Positions 49,981-59,828 of a DNA stretch of 64,000 bases are shown in pieces. Made by a program: the position numbers and the translations under genes. The stretch is taken from NCBI RefSeq assembly GCF_018977255.1, contig NW_024704771.1, positions 2,356,001 through 2,420,000 on the forward strand. The letters run 5' to 3'. The DNA comes from Callorhinchus milii. Taxonomy: Eukaryota. How positions within the stretch are numbered: the stretch's first letter is position 1; each line of letters opens with the position of its first letter. The notes under the pieces were generated by a model that was not told where the DNA came from, searched no databases, and saw nothing but the letters and a program-made list of their open reading frames with translations.

Positions 49981-51126
49981 TCTTTGAAGTGTAGGATAGA
50001 AGATGCTGACAGGAGCCAATGATTATGGCTTCCGTCTTGTCAACATTTAGATGTAAGAAGTTTGCGCTCATCCAGCATATAAATGAGGAAGAGGAGGATG
50101 CGAAAGATGGAGCCCTGGGAGTCCTGCGGAGTACTGTAGCTCAGTGGTTAGAGCACGTGCCTCACAAGTGAGAAGCCTGGGTTTGATTCCCAGGCAGGGA
50201 GAAATGTTGGGCAAATTTCCTTACTCCGCACACTGCTGTTTACCTAGCTGTAAGTAGGAATCCAGTTGTTCGTCGATTGGTGGATCACTTTTACGGGGGT
50301 AAATGCAAGAACGTTCTTAAGGTGCTGGACAGACAGAGTTTCGGACCCAAGCTGGTGTTTGGGGTCGGGGAGGGTGTAGGGCAGAGAGGGGGAACTGGGT
50401 GATCGAAGAGCACGTTCAAAGAGCAGGGTCTTGAGATGGACTTGAAGTTGGCAAGGGAGGAAAGGCAGCTGAAACCCTCGTCCATGCGTTTGCATACCTC
50501 AGGAACACTGACCTCAGAAATGTAACACAACAACAACTTGCCTGGATATTACTGCAGTGTTGAACCATATCCATTTCATTGTGAGTTACAAAGATTTGTG
50601 TGACAAGCTACACATGGACCAATCAGAGTATTGCAGAGCGGAGCTGACAAAGTATGTGGACAATATATACTGTTCTATCTGCTCATTGCTCTCTTTTACT
50701 GTAGGATGTGGTGAGGCCAAGAGGATAAGAGATGAGGTTACTGAGGGCGATCTATATGGGTTAAACGTGCTCTTTATCGTTGTCTCGTCATCTCGATACT
50801 GTAAATGGTTAACCAGTTTATCCTTTGACAATTTGGGGTGAGCGAGTTTGGGGGGATCGGGGTTGAAGCTTGTCTGCCGAGCAAACCCCGGTGGAAGATA
50901 TTTGGGTCTAATTTTGGTTAATGGGGGTGAGGAGGTCTAACCTCACTCACCAATCATTCACAAACTCTGCCTCGGTTTCCAGTCGCTGTTTGCTCACTTG
51001 TTATATTTTCCTTTATTGCTCTCCATCGTGGCTCTGACATGACTTTTTACTTCACTTGCCCTTTGGATAGTCTGACCCTATGATCTCCATGTTGTAAATC
51101 CCCCGCCTGGGGAGAGATTACATTAA

Positions 51127-51442
51127 GTGGAGTCCTGTAGCTCAGTGGTTAGAGCACTCGCTTTCCAAGCGAGAGACCTGAGTTCAATTCCAGGCAGAGG
51201 GCGAAACCTTGGGCAAGTTTCCTTACTCCACACAGAGCTTAATAATCCTCCAAAAACAATAATAAATTGGTCATTTTCAATCTACGACTGTTTGTGGGAT
51301 ATTGCTGTGCGCGATTGGCTGCCGCGTTCGCCCACAAATATATAGTCAATTCACTTTACAGTGTGTTCTGTGAAGCGCTTTGGGACATCCTCCTGATGTG
51401 AAAAGCGCTATATCAAATGCAAGGATTATTATTATTATTATT
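51127..51442 (+). mobile_element. Same SINE family, young copy
   Basis: gtggagtcctgtagctcagtggttagagcac...tatcaaatgcaaggattattatt. Confidence 0.9.
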
Positions 51443-51954
51443 AGCACTTGAAGTGGATTCTGTTCACATTAAACCTGTTTCCATCCACTTTGAAACCAGT
51501 GTGAGAACCAGGGAAAGCATGTGTGTGTCTGGCTTTGTCATCAACAACAACAACGACAATAACAACTTGCTATACAACATCCCTCATGCAGGATAGCGTC
51601 CCAGAGCACTTGGTCAGTGAGTCTGCATTGACCTGCAGCTCAGTGCTTAGAGCATTCGCCTCGCAATTGAAAGGACCAGGGTTCACTTCCTGGGCAGCGC
51701 AAAACATTGGGCAACTTTCCTCACTCCACAGTCATGCTCTGTTTTCCTTGCAGCAAATAGGAACACAATTGTTATCGATTGGTGGTTCACTTTTTCTGGA
51801 ATATGAATGTGATAGGGAGCCAGTGGAGCCTGGCGAGGACTGGTGTGATGGGGACCCGGAGTTTAGTGTGGGTGAGAATACTGCCAATGGAGTTCCGGAT
51901 TGGTTGTAGTTTGTGTGTGGAGCAGCTGGGGTGCCAGCGAGATTAGGGGCCAGA

Positions 51955-52737
51955 CGTGGAAATGGTAGGACATTTAGGTAGGAAAACTGATAGGAGGCAA
52001 TATAGGCTTGGAAGTTCAATCTTAAGGGGGGTGAACGTACAGAGAGATCTGGGCGTTCAAGTAAGCGATTCATTGAAGGTGGCAGAGCAGGTAGATAGGG
52101 CAGTAAAAAGGGCATTTGGTGTACTGAGCTTCATTAGTAGGGGCATAGAGTATAAGAGTAGGGAAGTTATGCTTAATCTGTACAAAACACTGGTTAGACT
52201 TCAGCTGGAGTATTGCGTCCAGTTCTGGGCACCTTACCTCAGGAAGGACATTAAGGCACTGGAAAGGGTGCAGAGGAGATTCACAAGAAGACAGGCTGGA
52301 GAAGTTAGGACTTTTCCCATTAGAGCAGAGAAGGTTACGCGGGGACCTGATATATGTCTTCAAGATCATGAAAGGTTTCGATAGGTGAGATAGGGAAAAG
52401 CTGTTTCCGCTGGTAGGTGTGTCTGTGACTCGTGGTCACAGTCTTAAGATATCTACTAAAAGAAGCAGAGGAGAGGTTAGAAGAAATGTTTTCACTCAGC
52501 GAGTTGTTAGAATTTGGAATGATCTGCCCGAAAGGGCAGTGAAGTCCGATTCGATAACAGCTTTTAAGAGAGAACTGGATAGGTATCTGGAGAAGACAGG
52601 TTTGCAGAGTTATGGGGAGAAAGCTGGTGAGTGGGTTTAATAAAAGTCAGTTGCTCTGTCAAAGAGCCGCACAGACTCGATGGGCCGAATGGCCTTCTTC
52701 TGTGTCGTAACATTCTATGATTCTATGATTCTATGAT
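51955..52737 (+). mobile_element. CR1 LINE 3' fragment nested in L2
   Basis: ORF 51956-52384 (LVRLQLEYCVQFWAPYLRKD) and a (TTCTATGA)x3 tail. Confidence 0.9.
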
Positions 52738-53110
52738 CTGGGGGTCGAACCTGATGCCTCGGTTACATACCCGTTTGGTAAGGTTTAAGGAAATGACACG
52801 GAGGTTGAGAAGGTCTGAGCTACAGGAGAGGAGAAGTTGACAGGAACCAAGGAGTATGGCTTCCATCTTGTCTTTCAGCTGCAGGAAATTTGCGCTCATC
52901 CAGGCCTTGATGTCTGACAGACAAGCTGACAGGACAGCAGCGGACTTGGAATCGCAGCTGGTTGAGGAGAAGTAGATTTGTGTGTTATCTGCAAACACGT
53001 GGAAGTTAATCCGGTTTCTGCGGATGACATCACCGAGAGGGGCCATGTATTGAGGAAGAGGAGGGGGACAGGAATGGAAGTGCGGGTTCCACCACACGCC
53101 ACTGTGCAGG
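52738..53110 (-). mobile_element. L2 LINE RT fragment
   Basis: Reads YMAPLGDVIRR..INFHVFADNTQIY...CLSDIKAWMSANFLQL...FDPQ. Confidence 0.88.
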
Positions 53111-53979
53111 AATCAAAAGGAAAAATATATGTTGAGAAAACTATTACGAATGCGGGGACTTCACATAATATATTGTAAAGTGAATTGACTGTGTATTTTG
53201 TGGGTGAAACGCGGCAGCCAATTGTGCACAGCAGAGTCCCACACAGTCGAGGATTGAACTGATCAATTTATTATTATTTATTTTTTTGAAGGAATTATTA
53301 CCCATTGGAAAAGCGATCCACCAAATGACTAACAACTGGATTTGTGTTTAGTGCAGGGTAAACAGGCTTGTGTGTGGAGTAAGGGAACTTGGCCAACATT
53401 TCGCCCTGATGGGAATCGAATCCAGGTCACTCTCTTGTGAGGTGAGTGGTCGAACCACTGAGCTACAGGACTCCACATATCCTGTGAAAAGCTTTGAGAT
53501 GCCTCGAAGAAGCGCTATAATGATTAGTTGCTAAATCAAATACAAGGCTTAGTATTGTATAAAGTTTCTACTGGCATCAGTCTTTCTTTTTTCAAAAAAA
53601 TTATGCGTAGATTGAATATATAGTTACATTTATCTTAAAATTAAAAATTAAAACCACTTCCCATCAGTGGTTTTAAAACCACTTCCCATCAGTCAGTGTA
53701 TTGCGGGATGTTGCTTCCCATTTACCTGACAATATATAAAGTTACAATTACACATTTCTGCCTTTTACTACTGTAACCGCTGAGGGGAAGACGGTAAGAG
53801 AGGCTGAGGGTGAAGCTGATCTTTGTGGGTTAAACGCGCTGTATGTTTCTCGATCAAGTAAATGTGCGTTTACATTCACAACCTCTGCATTTAGCTGCGT
53901 TTCCACACTCCACGTGGTTACTGGTCACATTTTATTTTGTCACACAATCTGGACCCAGACATCGATTGTCACTCTCCTT

Positions 53980-54488
53980 TCATCTGACAATACGATGGTC
54001 ATTTTTGAATTCCTTGTCTGGGAGCAGATTTCGTTCAGTCCTTGAATGGTTCAGATCGTACCTCTCACACTGCCTCCACAAAATCTCTACAAACATTTTC
54101 TCCTCGAGCCCCCGCACCGTCTCGTGTGGTGTTCCTCAGGGCTTTGTCCTTGGTCGCCACCTCTTCAATATCTATATGCTCCCTCTTAGTGACATCATCC
54201 TCAGACATGGGGTCAACTTCCACATGTATGTGGATGACATCCAACTATACCTCTCTGCCTCCACCCGTGACTCCACGGGTGGACTCAACTGCTGTCCTGA
54301 CAGACTGTCTGTCAGACATCAAGTCCTGGATGAGAGCTAACTTTCTACAGTTGAACTTCAACAAGAAAAAGTTTGGCTTCCATCAGCACCTCCACACCTC
54401 AAGCACTGACAGCATCACCATCCATGGTTGCACACTCCACCTTGCTAAGCCTTGGAGCCTTGTTTGACCCTCAACTATCCTTTCTTCC
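53980..54488 (+). mobile_element. L2 LINE RT fragment
   Basis: Reads WFRSYLS...SCGVPQGFVLG..LFNIYMLPL...FHMYVDDIQLYLS...LSDIKSWMRANFLQLN. Confidence 0.9.
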
Positions 54489-54489
54489 T

Positions 54490-55170
54490 GTTGGGATTTC
54501 CAATCCCGAGGTTCAAATACAATCCCGAGGTTCAGAGACAATCCAATTAAGGTGTATTAGAGATTTATTAATCAAAGTAACACATGCGAAACTAGTAAAA
54601 TAATACTGCCACTGCAAATAACAGAACTTATACTACCAGTTTTGGAGCAGTCAGTCAGTTGCGATGGTTTCAGCACACCTTCTCTCTGGTGGTTCGGCTG
54701 CCCCCTTTGTCTGGCTGGATCTGTTGTCTTACTTACCTAAAGTCAGGATAGTTACACTTTTTCCACCTGGGTATCGTCTCCCCTTCTTCTCCAATCAAGC
54801 ATCTTAGCGCGTACCCAACGTATTCGACCCTCGCACATCCTTGTACCCATATCTTCTAGATAAGCAGACCCTTTTGAGACAAAGCAGCTTTCTCATTATT
54901 CTTCAACACAGGACATCGTGCTTCTCCCTTCCAAGGCCGGAGCCTGTCTCTGTCTGGTAGAAACATTTAACGTGATCGGCATGTGTTCGCAGAATACTGA
55001 GCAACTTTACTGGAATGTAGATTTCTTGGGCCCTTCTTGAAGCCTGTTCTGTGCCTTCTCTCACCATGATAACTGACTGACTGTTGGCCTTTCAAAACCA
55101 GGATGGCTTATTCTGCCATTTCCTAAAATGTTAGTAAAACAGTTTCTTTCCCCCCTGTTTCCTACCGCAA
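54490..55170 (-). mobile_element. LTR-like sequence of uncertain boundaries
   Basis: Begins abruptly in an L2 RT fragment (tgttggga) and ends ...ccgca. Minus-strand AATAAA near 54565; no TSD found. Confidence 0.3.
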
Positions 55171-55397
55171 TGTATTTATGAGTATTGATAAACATTTATA
55201 TTAGATTATTATATATCATATTACATTATTATACTTTAGATTAAATTATTATATATTATATTAGGTTATTATAAATCATATCAGATTATTATACGGCATG
55301 TTAGATTGTTATGCTTTATATTAGATTATCAAGTGATTGAGCTGAAGAGAGAGAGAGAGCGGAGGAGAGGATCATGAGATGAAGATGTTCACCAAAT

Positions 55398-55416
55398 ATG
55401 GTACCTATTATTACAG
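55398..55416 (+). pseudogene. CD2/SLAM-family gene B, leader exon
   Basis: ATG GTA CCT ATT ATT ACA G|gtaatg = MVPIIT, phase 1, homologous to the gene A leader. Confidence 0.65.
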
Positions 55417-56520
55417 GTAATGAGCTCTAACACACATCCTCCATCTCTGCTACATTTTGCCAGACCTCCCCACCTCAATACCTCACCCTCTTCATAATTC
55501 TCAATCCATAATTCTCCCCCCAAACTGCCCTCCCTACCTCCGAGCTTCTATACCTCCCCCAACCATCCTCCCTCCATACCACCCTCCATAAGCACCCTCT
55601 ACTCCCCTCCATAACAGCCCCATACCTCCCCACTCCATATCCGCCAACCATACGTCACCGTATCTATACATAGGAACGTAGTAATAGGAGGAGGCCATTC
55701 ACCATTCTATCAGATCATGGCTGATCTGTACCTCAACTCCAATTACCTGCCTTTGCCCCATATTCTGTTACTTTTGGTGAAAAACCTCCTCCTAATTTCA
55801 CTCCTAAACGGCCTGGCTCTAATTTGAAGATGATGACCCCTTGTTCTGGATTCTCTCACCAGAGGAAATAGTTTCTCTGTGATTGCGCTATCGAATTCCT
55901 TTATTATTTTAGAAACCTCAATCAGATCACCACTCAACCTTCTAATCTCAAAGGAATATAGACGATCCCTCAACCCCCTCCATACCTCATAAATCAACCT
56001 GACCGCTCCCTTCGATCACTGAACAGGTCTGCCCACTGTCATCAGATGGACCTTCAGCTATTCCTGCCCTGCTCTTTAGTGTATCAGCTGGTCAGTCTGG
56101 TCACAGTATAGAGTAGTGCTGGGGGAACATGTTCTTGTCTGACCTGCTGTCCTTTGGATGAGATGTTAAACTGACGCCCAGTTTAGGTGGATGTTAAAGA
56201 CCCCGTGCCACTAATTGAAAGCAAATGGAGTTTCTCTCTCCCACTGTCTTGGGCGACAGATAAGTTTGGTCTCTCACTTCACAGCTGTTTGTGGGACATT
56301 GGGACATTCTGCAGGAATTAGCTGCACAATCCAACACTGTCTCTCCATTTCACAGTAAATCAGAACTGCTTTGAGGCGTCCTCTCAAAGAAAAGACACTG
56401 TAACATCTGTAAGAAATGCAAAGATTTGCTTCAATAAGAAATTGTACAATGTTGAGCCCACTGTCTGTTCTTATTTACCACTTTTGCTCTTCTTGTGGTT
56501 TTGTTTTGCATCTCTTTCAG

Positions 56521-56870
56521 CACTGCAATACCTCAGTCTTTCACTTCTGCTCTGTGTCAGAAGCTGTGATCCAGTGATGTGGGCAATCCCAGGCACTGTC
56601 ACTAATCTCTCCATTGGGAACGATATCTGGTTCCCTGTAACTCACTTCGACAGCCAGTACATAGTGACTGTTCTACACAAACATCCAATTCCCACCGAGA
56701 TTATCAGATGGATTTTAACAGAGTCGGAGATGTCAAAGATTGTGAACACCACCTACAAAGACAATGACAAGCGCTAAAGGACACGACTGTAAGCAACTCT
56801 AATACTTTCAGTGTAAAAGGTTACTTGAGTTTGTGAAACCCGGTGATAAATTAAGCCAGACATCGATATT
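56521..56870 (+). pseudogene. CD2/SLAM-family gene B, disrupted IgV exon
   Basis: LLCVRSCDPVMWAIPGTVTNLSIGNDIWFPVTH...IVNTTYKD aligns with gene A. Only 11 nt then separate YKD from the shifted-frame LKDTTVSNSNTF (33 nt in A), giving TAA at 56775-56777. The 3' boundary is uncertain. Confidence 0.75.
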
Positions 56871-57464
56871 CAGGTTAATACTTTTGTTTTCTAAATTAAA
56901 ATACCATTGTATCAGAGTTACAATATGCTTCCTGCAACGTGTAGTTCCAAACTATCGAGTGATCATGATCTGCAGACGGGCAAAGCGCGGACAAGGCAGA
57001 GGGATTGAGACAGAGTTCCAAAGGTTCGGAACATAGTGGCTGAAAGATGTCGATGGTGCAGCAGAGGGGATGAGTGGCGGGCAGAAGGCTGAAGCCAGAT
57101 GAGCTAAGGAGATGAGTAGAGGAGTGGGGTGTGAGGTCGAGGAGGTGGAGAGGCAAATTAATTTGTGAGTGTGAGGATCTTGAAATGAATCTGATAACAC
57201 TGTTTAGAAACAGGCCATTGGGAATGACGTACAAAGTAGCTGGATGCTGTGATGGGGGAACGGAAGGACAGGTGTTCTGTAGGTCAGAAAGGTGTAATAA
57301 GAATGTAATTTGCTGTTGTTAGCAAGATGCAATAAATGTGACGCTAAAGACAAATGTCCTTGGAGGTGGCGTCCTTTGATTGAGACGTTAAACCACAATC
57401 CCGTCTGTGCTTGTGGATGTTAAAATTCCTGTGGCGCTACACAATAATAATAATGCATTTCATA

Positions 57465-57792
57465 TAATAATAATAATAATAATAATCCTTGCATTTGATA
57501 TAGTGCTTTTCACATCGGGAGGACGTCCCAAAGCGCTTCACAGTTCACACTGTAAAGTGAATTGACTGTATACTTGTGGGCGAACGTGGCAGCCAATTGC
57601 GCACAGCAATGTCCCACAAACAGTCGTAGATTGAAAATGACCAATTTATTATTGTTTTTTTTTGGAGGGATTATTATTAGGCTCTGTGTGGAGTAAGGAA
57701 ACTTGCCCAAGGTTTGGCCCTCTGCCTGGAATTGAACTCAGGTCTCTCACTTGCAAAGCGAGTGCTCTAACCACTGAGCTACAGGACTCCAC
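57465..57792 (-). mobile_element. Same SINE family, young copy
   Basis: Reverse complement of the consensus. Further, more diverged copies lie at about 7500, 8500-8880, 12000-12360, 14390-14770, 21950-22255, 26190-26530, 36720-36962, 38205-38575, 39260-39560, 50130, 53160-53475, 62330-62660 and 63145-63530. Confidence 0.9.
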
Positions 57793-58273
57793 AAAGCGCC
57801 TCAACACATCGTTGAGATGCCTCAAAGCGCTTTACGGTGTATTGTAAAGTGCCAACAAGTGAAATGCAGCAAATTACACACTGCAGTAACCCACAAACAG
57901 TCACGATTGAGTGACCACATTTGTTTTGGAAAGGAATATTAGCCCCGGAAAGTGATGGGCCAATTGGAAAAGATAAGCGAGTTTCTCTCTCCCGGTGTCC
58001 TGGCCTGCAATCCTTCAGACAAAAATTCTCACTCACTTCACGGTTGTTCGTGGGACATTGCTGTAGGTTGCGTTCATCTTTGGATGCACAGGCAGTAACA
58101 TGGCTTTCCTCTTGGCTTTAGCAAAGTGGGAAGGTGACCTTACTCATAACAACAGCAAGTGACATGGACAACAGTTGCCGCACGAGCCGGACACCCGACT
58201 GAGCAAACAATTGTATGTAAAGAGTGACATTTACTGTGTGATATTGACATTGATGTGACATTGTGTGTTTCAG

Positions 58274-58551
58274 AGCCCGTGGCCCAGCCCGTGGTGAAGT
58301 AACCACTAACTGCTCTGTGCCAGCTGCCACTCTGACCTGCTCTGCTCCCAACGGTACAAACCCACTATTCCACTGGGAGAAAGTTTTGGGCTTTGCTGGT
58401 AATACAGTCGACTACAATGGGACTACATTTCATCTGAGCAACGTCACGGGGCGGGAGCGAGACAGCTACACGTGTGTGGCTCACAACCCGGTCAGCCAGA
58501 CAGCCAGCGAGCCAGTCACTACAGATCTGTGCCCTGACAGCGGCTCAGAAG
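58274..58551 (+). pseudogene. CD2/SLAM-family gene B, IgC2 exon with 1-nt deletion
   Basis: About 90% aa identical to gene A C2 by eye, but 278 nt. It has gtgaagtaacc vs gtgaaggtaacc in A, giving AAG TAA immediately. Confidence 0.85.
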
Positions 58552-58699
58552 GTGAGAGAGAGAGAGAACAATCCTACACTGACACAACCTGACATCAGGG
58601 CATTTAACAGGAAATTCAATACACGAGGGAGAAAGTACACTGGATTTTAGCCAAATTGGTGAGGGGGCAGGAGGGATGGAGGCTAATTGGAGTATAATT

Positions 58700-59100
58700 G
58701 TGCATCATCCTGACTCCAACAGTCACACTCTTACCTCTGAGTCAGGGTTTGGAACTCTTGTTTCAGGCGACAATGCAATGCAGTGCTCGGGGGGTATCAA
58801 GTTGGAGATGCCGTCCTTTGGATAAGTTCTGAAATTAATGTCTTGTCTGTTCCTGTTCACACGGACATTAAAGATGCTGTGGTAGAACAGAAGGGAGTTT
58901 CTCTCTCGGTGTCCTGGCTGACAATCCCCCAGATAAATCCAGTCATTCACTTCACAGCTGCTTGTGGGACATTGGTTTGCGCAAATTCGCTGCCGTGTTC
59001 ACCCACAAAACAGTAAATCATGTGAAGCGTTTGGAGAGGTTCTCTGTCTGAAAGTCGCTGTATCAAATCCAGGGATTTTTGTTTTATTGTTGTTATTGAA
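58700..59100 (+). mobile_element. Older Deu-domain SINE (SacSINE1-like) in the gene B C2-TM intron
   Basis: gccgtcctttggat...gtcttgtctg...cggtgtcctggc...gctgcttgtgggacattggtttgcgcaaatt, a Deu-domain-like core. The equivalent copy lies at about 32920-33350 (minus) in gene A; others are at about 56100-56430 and 36470-36720. Confidence 0.7.
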
Positions 59101-59122
59101 CTACATTTCCAATCTGTTTCAG

Positions 59123-59231
59123 GTGGAAGGCATCGCTGGGTTATTCTTGTTGTTCTACTGTTATTGCTGTCTGTGTCACTTGTTGTTGGTATGAAGCACA
59201 AAATGACCTCGAGACGAAGCTCAGCATTGGG
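59123..59231 (+). pseudogene. CD2/SLAM-family gene B, transmembrane exon
   Basis: tgtttcag acceptor. Reads GGRHRWVILVVLLLLLSVSLVVGMKHKMTSRRSSALG with donor GG|gtgagg (phase 2): a 19-aa hydrophobic span plus basic residues. Confidence 0.8.
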
Positions 59232-59632
59232 GTGAGGACAGCTTCACACTTTACAGAAAACCCAAGAGATAAGCCACGTTTCTGCCTGTGATGTGTGGGT
59301 GTCTGGAGACGCGGCAGGTAGGCAGCCTGTACTGTACTGTCCTGTCCTGACCGCAATCCTCCAAATAACAATTGCTGATTCACTTCACGGCTGTTTGGTG
59401 GACATTGCTGTTCCCAGAATGACATCAGCCTACAAAATACACAGTTACTACACTTCACGGTAAACTCCTGTGATGTCACGCTGACGTGAATGGTGCTGCG
59501 CTAAATGCATCGATTATTATTATTAAGAACTTATTTTTCACCCTGGTATGAAAGCTGCTCCTGTCTCAAAGAGTTTGACCCCCCCCCAGAATATTCTCAC
59601 CCACCACCTATATATGTTTCGTTTACACACAG

Positions 59633-59828
59633 GAGCCTGTGATGTGCAAGACATCTCGGTGAGTACAGTCGGTAACACTGTCGTGGGGACAACTATTATC
59701 ATCTTGTTTCTGTTTCCTCCTTCAGGAGGAGGATTGTGTCACCAACAGCTCCAGATTGTGTGTCTGTGGATCAGACACAACCCACAAACAGAACTGGAGC
59801 GACATCTAATGGAGAGGAGAGTGTATAA
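59633..59828 (+). pseudogene. CD2/SLAM-family gene B, cytoplasmic exons (59633-59658; 59726-59828)
   Basis: cacag|26 nt|gtgagt and ccttcag|last exon. Direct TM-to-last-exon splicing reads GRRIVSPTAPDCVSVDQTQPTNRTGATSNGEESV*. Confidence 0.6.

Noticed and set aside
53648-53676. Perfect 11-bp-stem hairpin with an adjacent 19-bp duplication
   Set aside because: A small local duplication or template-switch footprint with no sign of function. A terminator interpretation is irrelevant in a vertebrate.
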